Assembly: GCF_006345805.1 (NCBI RefSeq)
Contig: NC_043012.1
Coordinates: 2,480,001 to 2,544,000 of the forward strand
Length of the DNA: 64,000 nucleotides
Reading direction: 5' to 3'
Origin: Octopus sinensis
Taxonomy: Eukaryota
Shown here in pieces: positions 37,073 to 49,146 of this stretch. Under the pieces are notes generated by a model. It was not told the DNA's origin. It made no database searches and saw only the letters and a list, made by a program, of their open reading frames with translations. Position 1 is the stretch's first letter, and each line of letters begins with the position of its first letter. A program made the position numbers and the translations under genes.

Positions 37073-37553
37073 TTAATCCTTTAGTATCCACATTATTCTG
37101 TCACTTGTTTTGGATTAAGTTAAGTTAATTTTTTGGCTCAAAAAGCAAAAAGCAAGGCCATGTAGGGGGACATGGAGTTATGTACAGGGAGGGTGTTCAT
37201 GCAAAGAGTTTAGGCCATTTCTGGTCAAGAGAGACTTTGAACCGAGCAGTCGTCAGCATATTCACTATCTCGTCCGGCAGCTTATTCCACGGATCCGCAA
37301 CCCGGACGGAGAAAGCCCCTATCCTTCGATTGAGATGAAATTGTCGCAGATAGAGCTTTTCGGAGTGACCACGCAGCCAATGCTCTGGATTAATAATGCA
37401 TTATCTTATAGCTTTGAAATGTTGATGACGTAACTGTTAATTTTCGGAAAAATGTTGTAGGGTTGGTGTGAGAGGCCAGATCTAGCCAGTTGGAACATAA
37501 AGCAGATAGAATATTTGGGCCAGATGTAGCTTGTTTAAATACTAAAGGGTTAA
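37073..37553 (+). mobile_element. piggyBac-type MITE interrupted by a CR1 LINE fragment
   Basis: TTAA ends; homology breaks at ~37118 and resumes at ~37390. Confidence 0.8.
37119..37385 (-). mobile_element. 5'-truncated CR1-clade LINE (ORF2 C-terminus, 3' UTR, (TTAAC)n tail)
   Basis: 37376>37197 encodes LRGHSEKLYLRQFHLNRRIGAFSVRVADPWNKLPDEIVNMLTTARFKVSLDQKWPKLFA* (CR1-type RGH..KL / FS.RV...WN.LP / FK..LD). TSD tggattaa at 37111-37118 and 37386-37393. Confidence 0.9.
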
Positions 37554-37993
37554 GACAGTGGTGTGTTAATACATTGACTGCTATTTCTAGCAGGTTGGGA
37601 AACTGTATAGAAACTCCCTATGAATATTTAGTTTGAGTGGTGTTTATTTTATTTTATTTATTGTGTTTCAGTGTGTTTTGTTAGCTTCCCCTTATTAACA
37701 AAACATTACTTCAACCTTGGCTTATCTCAGTGAAATAGTTGTATTAATTAGATACATTTATGAAAGCACTTGAGTCTTATAAATAATTTTAAACAGTTTC
37801 ATGTTTTTCGGTTCTTTTATTGAGTCAAGGAATTGTTGGGGGAAATATCAATTATTCATAACCATATTTTCTTTCAGCAGAACAATATTTCCTTGTCTTG
37901 ATGTCAGTATGTTTGTGCTTCTATACATGTGTATTTATGTATGTGGGATACATACATTGATCTACATCTGGATCCGTATAATGTATGCATGTG

Positions 37994-38030
<37 letters not shown>

Positions 38031-38056
38031 TGTCTCGTGCTTTTTCTGTCTATATA

Positions 38057-38430
38057 AGCATGGCTGTGTGGTTAGGAATTTTGCTTTCCAGTCGTGTAGT
38101 TTTGGATTCAGTCCCATTGCATGACACCATGGGCAAGTGTCTTTTATTTTAGACCTTTTATTATAAACCTGACCAAAAGCCTTATACATAGATTTAGTAG
38201 AAGGAAATTGAAAGAATGCGTGTCCCTTTTGTCTTGACAAAGTACAACAATTGTAATGAGCATCACCATCGTACAAGAAGTATTGTTTGTTTCCTGTCTT
38301 CTTTGGAATGTGGCTGTGGGGAAATATTGCCTTACTTGGAAACAGGTGAGGTTTGGTGACAGGAAAGGCATTTCCTCATAGAATATCTGCCTCAACAAAT
38401 TCTGTCTGACCCATGTAATCATGGCAAAAT
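38057..38430 (+). mobile_element. SINE: family A head with family C-type tail
   Basis: gcatggctgtgtggtt...gggcaagtgtctt, then ggtttggtgacaggaaaggcatt...gacccatgtaatcatgg. Confidence 0.6.
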
Positions 38431-39404
38431 GAGCATTAATTGATTATGGTCTCTGTGTTATATCTGTCTGTCAGTCTGTCTGTTGGTCGGACTGTGTATT
38501 CAAATACATACGCACACGTTATCATCACTACATTTTACCTCTTCTTTTCTTACACCCACACACACACACACACACACACACGCGCACGTTGAGTTAGTCA
38601 GAAAATATGTCAATACCTTAAAGCTTCTTGTTAGCAAGGAAAAATTCTGTTGCTTAACAAGCATACAACCCGACCATAATAATAAGCTATGTCTTTTTCT
38701 TCACTGACGCCAAGCCTTAAGTAGTGAGATGTTTTTTGACCGACCTTACATAATAATTTAAATTCCACTTCTTTTTTCCTTTTGTTACTACAAGCATGCA
38801 TATATCCATGTGTGTGTGTGTGTGTACCACTTTCTCTCTCTCTCTTTATATATATATCTTTTATGTGTGTGTATGTGTATATATATATATATATAATGTT
38901 TAGTTTCTTTAAATTTTTGAAATAACAGTTCCATATATTTCTAATACCTATATACATATGCACACACACACACACACACACAAAAAAAGGTTCTTGTCAA
39001 ATTTTAGATAACAGCAATTTGACACTGGACTTTGTGTATGTTTCCTTATTTAATTTATCCAATGTTAGTGTTGTGGAATAGCAAAACCCCAGTACATTGG
39101 TAGACTAAATGTCTCTGTGCTATTTTGTGATATATTTTGTTTATTTTTTTTTTTTACATTTTGGCTTCAGATGGAAGGTTTTTAATTTTTGGTCTTGAAG
39201 AATGCCAAGTTGGGATTAAACAATCTGATCTGTGAGATTGTACAATATACTTTTTGTAATTTAAAATCCATTGCTGGTCTTCCGTCTTATGTATTCTGTA
39301 TATTTGAACTATTAATCATGAATTACCTACATCTACTATAGCTTTTGAAGGATTAGTATTGAAGAAATGCCTGTCAAATATGCTTGTAATAGACGTACAT
39401 ATGT

Positions 39405-39620
39405 GAAGGAGCACAGCTTAGTGGTTAGGGCTGTTCTACTCACGATTGTAAGGTCAGTAGTTCAGTTCCTGGTGGTGCACTCTGTCCTTGAGCAAGACAC
39501 TTTATTTTATGTTGCCCCAATCCACTCAGCTGTCAAAAATGTTGTAACTGTGATGCAAAGGGTCAGCCTAATGACATTCTATGTCACACAGAATCTCCCT
39601 GAGAGCCACTTTAAAGGTGC
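39405..39620 (+). mobile_element. Degenerate tRNA-derived SINE of a further family
   Basis: agcttagtggttag (A box), agttcagttcc (B box), tgtccttgagcaagacactt, ccactcagctg. Confidence 0.5.
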
Positions 39621-39985
39621 AAATGAAATGGTTCCATGTAGTGAGAAAGGTTAGTGGTATGAATGAAAAGCTGCAGTTAGAAAGATGAAAGGGTGGGAGA
39701 TGTCTTGAGGAGGAAATTGAGCGGGTGCCTCATTTTGCTTACACCCCTCCACACACTCACTCACGCACGCATGCAGAGAGAGAGAGAGAGAGAGAGAGCG
39801 AGAGCGAGAGAGCTTTCAGAACCTAATTTTGCTTAGTTGGACAGGTCTTCTTGAGAAACACTTAATGCCAATCATTCTAATTCCTTTTACCTTCCCCATA
39901 ATGTCCAATATATAATAACGTATCTCCCAAACTTGTGCACACACATATATATGAGCGCTGTAGTTCATTTGAAGCACTGTAGTAC

Positions 39986-40266
39986 CAAAGAAGGGAAAGA
40001 AAGAAAAGGGGAAATATGAAAGCTTCTGACAATGCGGAAGTTTTACAAAACCCTTTATATTTCAGGCACAAAGGCCTGTACTCAGGTGGAAACAGTCTGG
40101 GAAATGTCCAGTTACACTGGTCCTGTTACCATTTATGTCTACCTGTCTGTCTGTCTGTCTATGGGGACAGGCATGGCTGTGTGGTAAGAAGCTTGCTTCC
40201 CAACCACATGGTTCCGGGCTCAGTCCCACTGCATGGCACCTTGGGCAAGTGTCTTCTACTACAGCC
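39986..40266 (+). repeat. Direct local duplication, copy 1 (copy 2 at 42504-42780)
   Basis: ~185 bp of flank plus the SINE A head, with high visible identity between the copies. Confidence 0.9.
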
Positions 40267-40354
40267 TCTGGTTAACAAAAGCCTTATGAGTGGATTTGGT
40301 TGATGGAAACTGAAAGAAGCCCATCGTATATATATGTATATGTGTGTGTGTATA

Positions 40355-40395
<41 letters not shown>

Positions 40396-40465
40396 GATTC
40401 AGTTGAATTAGGTACTTAAGTTGATGCACCAAGTCAGTCTGGTATTATCTGCACAATTTGAAGTA

Positions 40466-40515
<50 letters not shown>

Positions 40516-40739
40516 CATCTGTATCTTTGTGTCTGTGGTTGCCCCCCCCCTCCATCGTTTGACAACTGATGTTGGTGTGTTTATGTCACCGTGTCTTAGC
40601 GATTTGGCAAGAGACCAATAGAGCAAGTGCTAGGCTTACAAAAAATAAGTCCTGGGGTCGATTTCTTTGACTAAAATCCTTTGAGGTGGTGCTCCAGCAT
40701 GGCTGCAATCAAATGACTGAAACAAGGAAAAGAATAAAA
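40170..40739 (+). mobile_element. SINE family A with an ~80-bp insert (40388-40470) inside its (TA)n tract
   Basis: Complete head and tail; the insert is flanked by (TA)n on both sides. Confidence 0.85.
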
Positions 40740-41440
40740 GTGTGTGTATACACACACATTTGCTGTATATGTAATCCATACCCACTTTACATGTAATGCA
40801 TGTTTACTGTATATATGTAATACATGAATGCAATGTAGCACACATAACAGATCCCCACTGCATGTTACATAGAGATTACGTATAACACCTAGTTGGCATG
40901 CATTTCTATAGACAGTTTCACCATGTTTGTGTAACTTGTATTTGCCATGCACATCCACTCACTTTCTTATACATACACACACATATTGACTCACTTCACC
41001 TTTCACTTTTTCTTTCTCTTTTATACACACACATAAACACACACCCACTCTCTCTCTCACTCAAGAAAAGAATGGATAATGAGATGTATTCTTAGACATG
41101 TCTTAGCAATACAAACATTAATCTGGTGCTGGTAGTGTTGGGATTACAAAGCCGTGTCTGTGACTAAGCAGATTCTTTTAATAAATTGTATTATCCACCT
41201 TACGTGACTTCCATCTCGCTCTCCTCATCATAAGAAGCATATTTTTATACCTCAACATCATTTCCCCCTAACTCAAATCCTTTTAATTTTATCCGCTTAA
41301 ATTAAGGATTTATTCCATAATACATTTTAAAATGTTGTCCTATCAGCGTATAAATTCTATTGTATGGTGGATGTTTTCATGGCATTGTATATGATATCAA
41401 TTTTATTAGATGTATCTTTGACCATATGTGTGTGTGTATT

Positions 41441-41474
<34 letters not shown>

Positions 41475-41475
<1 letters not shown>

Positions 41476-41872
41476 ATGGCTATGTGGTAAGAAATTTTGC
41501 TTCCCAACTACAAGGTTCCTGGTTCAGACCCACTGCATGGCACCTTGGGCAAGTGTCTTCTACTGTAGCTTCAGGCTGATGAAAAACTTATGAGTCGATT
41601 TGGTAGACAGAAACTGAAAGAAGCCAGTTGTGTGTGTGTGTATGTGTGTGAGACTTTGTGTCTATTTGTTACTTGCCACTGTTTAACAACCAGTGTTGGT
41701 GTGTTTACCTCACTTGCAGCTTAGTAATTCAGTGGAAAAGACTTAATAGAATAAGTACCAGGTTTTAAAAAAATAACTTAGAAAATAAGTGCTGAGGTCA
41801 GTTCATTCAACTAAAAATACTTCCAGGTGGTGCTCCAGCATGGCCGCAGTCAAATGACTGTAACAAGTAAAA
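41475..41872 (+). mobile_element. SINE family A
   Basis: Head, (TG)n tract and tail. Confidence 0.8.
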
Positions 41873-41904
41873 GGTGCATGTGTAAGTGTGTATATCAACC
41901 ATGT

Positions 41905-42120
41905 AAGGCGGCAAACTGGCAGAAACGTCAACATACCGAGCGAAATGCTTAGCAGTATTTTGTCTGTCTTTATGTTCTGAGGCTCAAATTCCACCAAGGT
42001 CGACTTTGCCTTTCATCCCTTCGCAGTCAATAAATTAAGTACCAGTTGTGTACTGGGGTCGATGTAATCGACTGGGTCTCTTCTCCAAAAATTTTGGTCC
42101 TTGTGCCTAGAGTAGAAAAG
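41905..42120 (+). mobile_element. SINE family B, full length
   Basis: aaggcggcaaactggcagaaacg...ttgtgcctagagtagaaaag. Flanked by similar direct repeats tatatcaaccatgt / tataacaaccatgt. Confidence 0.88.
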
Positions 42121-42503
42121 TATATAACAACCATGTGTGTATATAAACAAACTTGCATTTGTTTTTGCAGAAGCATCGAATGTTATCGTACGATACAGAT
42201 AAGGTGATATTTCGAACGCAGTATCACCATTAAAACAGCAGAAAAACAGTGTATTGTTACCCTTACAAGGCAGAAAATGTTGTCAACAAACAACCAATTA
42301 TATACATACATGCACACACACACACACGCGCTCATCTTTATTATGTAATTCTGTTGTGTTTCAGCCCTAAGGCTGTGGCTATACTGGGGTACCGATGTAA
42401 TATTTCTTTTTTTAATGCATGTATTTGTATCATTGTGATATACATTTTGTAGTATGTGCTCTGCTATTAAGAAGTTAGTTTTGTATCTACATGGCTTTTG
42501 GTT

Positions 42504-42780
42504 CAAAGAAGGAAAAGAAAGAAAAGGGGAAATAAGAAAGCTTCTGACAATGCGGAAAGTTTTACAAAAACCTTTATATCTCAGGCACAAAGGCCTGTAC
42601 TCAGGTGGAAACAGTCTGGGAAATGTCCAGTTACACAGTTCTGTTACCATTTATATCTACCTGTCTGTCTGTCTATGGGGACAGGCATGGCTGTGTAGTA
42701 AAAAGCTTGCTTCCCAACCACATGGTTCCAGGTTCAGTCCCACTGTATGGCACCTTGGGCAAGTGTCTTCTACTATAGCC
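42504..42780 (+). repeat. Direct local duplication, copy 2
   Basis: Aligns to 39986-40266 and ends abruptly after ctactatagcc. Confidence 0.9.
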
Positions 42781-43070
42781 TATATAGATGGGTATACTGT
42801 GATGCACGGGACAATTGTCTACTGCTGCAGTTTCAAGTCGATCACAGTCTTGTGCGGGGAATTTGGTAAATGGAAACTGTGTGGTGTGAAAGTCCTTCAA
42901 AAGGAATGTTCCTGTTACTGGGTGGCAGAGTCAGTTTGTTATTGGGTAAACATTACTACAGAGTACATGGGGTATTTTTATTGATGCTGAGGGCAACTTC
43001 CTCCTTGCAGCTCACTGATCTCACAGGGCCTGTAAAGGAGCATGCATGCTGTCCTTCTTCCTCTAATAAC

Positions 43071-43170
43071 AATGGGATAAATTGCAGAATTGAAAGATGT
43101 GCATTGATAGAGATGAAACTGGGAAAAACCCATAAAAAGAACTGGAATAAACTTGTTCCTAATGATGAGA
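43071..43170 (+). pseudogene. Possible Dong/R4-type reverse transcriptase remnant
   Basis: GINCRIERCALIEMKLGK..PNDE resembles the GMEFG.EKCA...MK.GK...LPN segment of R4-clade RTs. Short and degenerate. Confidence 0.4.
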
Positions 43171-43264
43171 ATATAATATATCCATTTTATGTTTATGCTG
43201 CATTTTAATATCTTTACTTGTCTCTGAATTGGCCATAAATTGCATTAACTGGCCCTTTTGCTTC

Positions 43265-43482
43265 TTAAACTTTTCACTGTGAAGTTAAATTTCATAGTTA
43301 TTCCAGTAATGATGTTAAATATCTTCCAAACAAAAAAGAAAAAAGAAAATACAATTGATATTTTCAGCAAGTCCTGCTTCCTCAAATTTGACGGATCTCA
43401 ACAGAAAGTAGTTTCAAATATGACATTTCTCAACAAAAGATAAATTGGTACATAAAACCGCTTTCTGCAGTAAAAGGGTTAT
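43265..43482 (+). mobile_element. Second TTAA-type MITE family
   Basis: ttaaacttttcactgtg...gcagtaaaagggttta; the 5' part is homologous to ~12775-12845. Confidence 0.6.
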
Positions 43483-44094
43483 TAATATCATAAATTGTTG
43501 AAGAATCTATCTATGTTATATTCATGCATGACAACATTCAGATTTCCATCTCTGTTTCAAAAGCTGTGGTATTTCAATCTTTGGTGCAGTGTTAGACTTA
43601 CATGCTTTCTTCTTCCTATCTTTCTTAACTCAGTTACTTCGGTTAGCATTAGATGCTATTTTCATTAATGGATGGATAACATATATGGTAGATAAAAACA
43701 GATTTAAAACGCTTAGGTGCAGCTTATTCTTTTTAACTTGGATATCAGAAATGATGAAGTGAGGTCAATGGTCAGTGATGGCACATAGAGAAAGAAATTT
43801 GTACAACAAAAAGCACTACTCAACTGGGTTTCCTGGATTATTGGATACCTAATTAATGGAACTCTACTGTATCTGCCTAGTAAATATTACTTTAATTTAT
43901 CTAAGAGTCCATATCATCAAAATAATACAAGTAAACTTTCAAGAACTTATACCTAGAAATGGTTTACTTGTATGTTCTAAATATACTACTTTGACTTGGA
44001 ATATACAAAGAAATGAGAAATGTAACTATGGAATCTTGATTAATTGCGAAGACTATAATTTATTACCAAGAAATATATAATAATAATAACCATC

Positions 44095-44287
44095 AGAAAG
44101 TTCTAACTGGGCCCCAACTGCAAGGTCATGAACTGTTTATCTTGATATGAGATCACTATGTCATGCACACATGGCTGTGATGCATGTGCCTGGTGTACCC
44201 TTAGATGGGTAGTCATGATGGGTATACTGGGCTTCATATATTTGTACCCCAGTGTCACTTTGACAGCATGCACTGCTCTCTCACTCA
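44095..44287 (+). mobile_element. Partial copy of the (TAA)n-associated element at 17721-18265
   Basis: ttctaactgggcccca...gcactgctctctcactca(ata)n. Confidence 0.75.
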
Positions 44288-44997
44288 ATAATAATAATAA
44301 TAATAATTGATTTTAATTTAAGCACAGGACTGGCAATTTTGAGGGGAGGGGTAAAGTGATACCATTGATCTCTTTTATCTTATCAACCCTAGAGGGCTGA
44401 AAGGTGAAGTAGAACTTGGTGGAGGCATTTTATCTTCTTTAATAATTCTGCCAAGCCATCATCCTCATGATGATGATGATAATGGTGATAAATAATGATG
44501 TGCACCTGAATAAAAGTAATGCGGAAGTAGATTCTGAGAATTGATAATAAAATATGAAAGAAACAAACATTTTACACCTTTGTTTCAATGCAACTTTGAG
44601 TGTTTTTCTTTTAAATTTATCAATTGTCTTCTTTTCCTTCATGCTAGTCGCATTTATTGTTGATAACTAACACACTTCCTTTGTATAAAATGACATGTCA
44701 GTAAGTAAGGGGCAACCAACTGTCTTGTCACACAACAGAACACAATACAGAAAACCTACAGAGGAATGTGGCTGCATGCCTTGCTAGAAACACCAGTCAA
44801 ATAGACACCTTTTTTTTTTTCCTTTTGAAGAAGAATGGCATCTTACATAATGTGGTCTTCCATGCACTGATTAGAAGAAAAGGCGGTCATGACTGGAATG
44901 TGCTTGGTCATTGGCCTGTGTTTGCTAGTATGAGGCTAAAAACAATTATAAGACTGGAATGAAAAAATGAGGGAGCCTATACATCCAGTATCTGTGT

Positions 44998-45312
44998 TTT
45001 TCACTTGTTTCAGTCATTAGACTGTGGCCATGCTGGGGTACCATCTTGAATTTTTTATTTTTAGTTGAATGAATTGACCTCTTGTACTTTTTTTTTTTTA
45101 AAGAACCTAGTACTTATTCTATTGGTCTCTTTTGCTGAACTGCTAAGTTACAGGGACATAAACATACTAACACTGGTTGTCAAGTGATAGAGGGGGACAG
45201 GCACACACACACACGTACACACACACAAGCGCACACATGACAGGCTTCCTTTAGTTTCTGCCTACCAAATCTACTCACAAGGCTTTGGTTGGCTCAAAGC
45301 TATAGTAGAAAA
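44998..45312 (-). mobile_element. SINE family A, 5'-truncated
   Basis: Tail and (CA)n tract recognisable. Confidence 0.75.
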
Positions 45313-45486
45313 CGCATGGAGCTTTATTACTAAGGGTGATGAAGGTAGTGAGCACTCCCGGTGAATAAAATAAATACCAGTTGAGTTTTGGAGTCGATAT
45401 TATCAACTAGGCCCCTTCCCCAAAATTTATACCTTGTGCCTACAATTATGATTATCATTGCGATTGGCAGAATTGATAGAATCCTC

Positions 45487-45730
45487 CTCTTCTTCCTCTA
45501 ATGTCTGTTTTCCATACTGGCATGGGTTGGACGGTTTGACTGGAGTTGGCAAGCTGGAGAGCTGCACCAGGCTCCAATTGTCCGTTTCTAGGGTTTCTAT
45601 AGCTGGATGCCTCTTCCTAATGCCAACCACTTTACAGTGTAGCGGGTGCTTTATGCGTGGCACCAGCACAGGTGCCTATTTATATGGCACCAGTATTGGT
45701 GCTTTCTGCATGGCACCAGCACCTGCAGGC
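45487..45730 (-). mobile_element. Family C retroposon
   Basis: ggcatgggttggacgg...gctggatgcctcttcctaatgccaacc. Confidence 0.75.
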
Positions 45731-46946
45731 TCACAAGAACCTCACAACTGAGCGAGGAAGTGGAACGAAGAAATTAGAAAATGTCGCACAAAATACCTTG
45801 TAGTACTAGTTGCAGATCTTTATGGTCTGAGTTCAAATCCTGCTCTTCTCCTTCTGGGATGTGGGGTTGATAACATACTGAGTGCTGATATAAATCTATC
45901 TCTATTTTAGAAATCATTATTATATCTTCATCTAGAATGTTACAGTGCTACTTTATTTGACTTAATAAAATATTTTTTTAATGCTATTTAGCATGTCATT
46001 TAAAATGCTATTTAATGCTATTAGACATTTGCTTAAAAGTAAATTATTGCATATATCATCTCTGATTCTTGACTAGAAAAGGCCAGACAACATTCCTCTA
46101 ACTGAAATATTTTGTTCTAGAGTAACAACAGAAGAAAATGACAGGCTTGAATACATTAGATTATAGCTAGGAGAATGCAGGGTGGGGGTGGTAGATACAG
46201 AGACAATGAAAATGAAAAAAAAAAGAGTAAAGCAAAAGCAAAAGAGTACCATTTCTAGCAATCAAGTGATATTGTAACATTTTCCACATTGTTATACTTG
46301 TCTGCTGACTTTCAGCTTCATATATCTGCTATAGGAAACCTTTCCTATATAATGTCCTACAATCATTGCATTCATTTTGCTCAATGCCTCGCTAATTAGC
46401 ACTTGCAATATTGCATGCTGTATTTGAAAGCATTCAACAAATAGTCTAGATTTGTTCTTGTTTTTCACTGTACTCTGAAATTCTGCTCAAAAGGAGGTTG
46501 CTTGGGAGAGGAAAGAAAAGAATTTTAAAAAATGATTTAGTTCAACCTGTGAAACAAAAAAGAAACACAAAACATGTCAACTAACTAACTGATATATCTA
46601 GCATTTTATGATTATTGTTGTTATTATTATTATTATTTGTTGTTGTTGTTTAATAGCAAGTCAACTCTGGCCTATGGTCAGAAAGCTTTTCAACTATGAC
46701 CCAACTTGTTTCATCTCCATATATGCATCTAACACTGCATTGTTCAAATGTGTCTTTTGTTTTCTTTAAAAGTCAATGTGGGAATTAGAGCTGTTGCTAT
46801 TGTTTCTAACAGATCAAAGCCCTATCATTGACTGCCATTAGTAATAGTTGAATATTATGATTGAAAGGTTGAAGTTTATAATGTGGATTGGTTTAATGAA
46901 GTGTTCTCATGCTATGTCCAGCATTGGAAGTAATTCTGATCAACAA

Positions 46947-47303
46947 AGTACCAGTCAAACACTGTAGTTGATGGCACAAACTAAATGAACCATTTTCCTC
47001 AAATATGCTGGCCTTGGGTTTAAATCAGAAACCCATATTTAAAATTTGGAACATGAAGAAAGAAAAAAAAAGAAACAATTTACAGATTTTGATTTATATA
47101 CAAAGATTTTAAGATGAGTGGTTTTGTTTGCAGAATTAGGAGCAGTTTCAGATTAGGCCATATCAAAAGGTTTATCAGGAAATCAAAATGCCTGCTCATG
47201 GAGTTTCAAGTTCAAGTTTTCAGCAAGCATTTTCGTATACTTTTAGTCAGAACACTTTATTCTACATTGTTGCCATTCACCTATCTGCTGGTTCCAGATC
47301 AAC
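46947..47303 (+). repeat. TSD-flanked insertion whose first half duplicates ~53542-53712
   Basis: 15-bp direct repeat aattctgatcaacaa at 46932-46946 and 47304-47318. Shared gattttgatttatatacaaagattttaaga. Confidence 0.8.
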
Positions 47304-47354
47304 AATTCTGATCAACAAGTCTCACATTTGTAATTATTCAAACTTTCTTCAATA

Positions 47355-47517
47355 GGCGCAGGAGTGGCTGTGTGGTAAGTAGCTTGCTAACCAACCACAT
47401 GGTTCCGGGTTCAGCCCCACTGCGTGGCATCTTGGGCAAGTGTCTTCTGCTATAGCTCTGGGCCGACTAATGCCTTGTGAGTGGATTTGGTCGACGGAAA
47501 CTGAAAGAAGCCTGTCG

Positions 47518-47556
<39 letters not shown>

Positions 47557-47775
47557 GTGTGTATATGTTTGTGTGTTTGTCCCCCTAGCATTGCTTGACA
47601 ACTGATGCTGGTGTGTTTACGTCCCCGTCACTTAGCGGTTCGGCAAAAGAGACCGATAGAATAAGTACTGGCCTTACAAAGAATAAGTCCCGGGGTCGAG
47701 TTGCTTGACTAAAGGCAGTGCTCCAGCATGGCCGCAGTCAAATGACTGAAACAAGCAACAAAAAAAAAAAAGAGT
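47355..47775 (+). mobile_element. SINE family A, young full-length copy
   Basis: Close to the other intact copies, CpGs retained. Confidence 0.9.
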
Positions 47776-47979
47776 AACAAGGCAGACTCTGAAATAGATA
47801 ATGTAGTAAGTCATTCCAATGATTAACATTACATTTATTCCGTGAATTGTTGTTAAAATCAGTACCAGTAAGATACTGGGGAAGGTTGTGTATTTTGACC
47901 TTTCACCTACATAAAAAAGAAAACAAAAAGATCCTTACCAATGTTACATGACTCATAAGAAATGGCAGCCAAATCTCTC

Positions 47980-48190
47980 TTAACTCTTTAGCACTCAGAT
48001 TACTCTTTCAAATGTGATGCTTATTTATTAACATTCATTATCTTGTAGCTTTGAGATTTCAATGATGTGATTATTTATTTTTAAAACGACATTGTAGGAT
48101 AGATGTGAGAGGCCAGATCTGGTTAGTTTGAACGTAAACAAGTAGAATATTAGGGTCATATATGGCTGGTTTGAATGCTTAGAGGGTTGA
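47980..48190 (+). mobile_element. piggyBac-type MITE
   Basis: ttaactctttagcactcagattactc...aatgcttagagggttga. Confidence 0.8.
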
Positions 48191-49005
48191 CTCTTAGTTG
48201 TCACTGTTTTATTTCAGTTATATTGCTAATAACTTTAAGGAGAGCTATGATTGCCACAACTCCTTAATTCCTCTCCTCTTGATGTCCGTATGTCTAATCA
48301 TCCATTGATGGATATAAGAATATATAAAACAATATTAAAAATATGTAGGGATTTAATGTTGTTTTATTCCTTTACTGCTTTTAATTGAAATAAGTCGTGT
48401 GTGTGTTGTTTTTTTACTGAAGTCAGTTTTGAGCATATTTAGGATCAAGGCATTCCAACCATGACCATCATGTCTTTTTTGTATTTAGAACTATGTTGTT
48501 CAATGTTTTTTTTTTCTTTTTATCCAAGAAGGTTTGAATGATATTTGGTTGGTATTTCTAGCAGGTTGAGTAACCACATAGAGGCTTCCTCGTTGGCTCA
48601 TGAATCCTTTGTGGGTGTCACTGTTGTATGGTAAGGTTTTGATGAATTGAGAGAGAAGGAGAGAGACTGGGTTTTATCCTAAATTATGACCATCTTCACC
48701 TAAATTTTAATAAAACTTTAAAGAATTTTCAGTTAAGATGTTAATGTAAATGATATTAGACATCACGAGCAGCAGTTTGAGACTCAAAAGTGCAAGTGGC
48801 CTACTGACAGGACATGGGTCACATATCTATTGCCTGCCAGTATGTCTGTGATATAATCGGTAATGTTGAGTTGCCTGGAAGTCAACACACATACACACAC
48901 TTGCATGATTCAAGTTCTGTCAAATCAATGTTTATCATGTCTAATATCAAATTTTTGTAAATCCGATTTCTTTTCATCCTTCAAATCTGCAGCATTTTAC
49001 CCAAG

Positions 49006-49146
49006 TAATGTTGAATCGCTTTCATGATATTATTGCAATATTGAAAACAAAAATATTAATATTATTTTAATTAATCTATTCTTTATCAATTATTTCATAT
49101 TCATCTATTATATTATTTTTTCTTTCTTTTTATTTCAGAGGTAAGT
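49006..49146 (+). other. Strong 3' splice site directly followed by AG and a consensus 5' splice site (2-nt microexon or recursive-splice candidate)
   Basis: No AG dinucleotide from 49006 to 49136; tttttctttctttttatttCAG-AG-GTAAGT. Confidence 0.4.

Noticed and set aside
42454-42984. 176-aa ORF
   Set aside because: Runs through the local duplication and SINE sequence; no coding signature.
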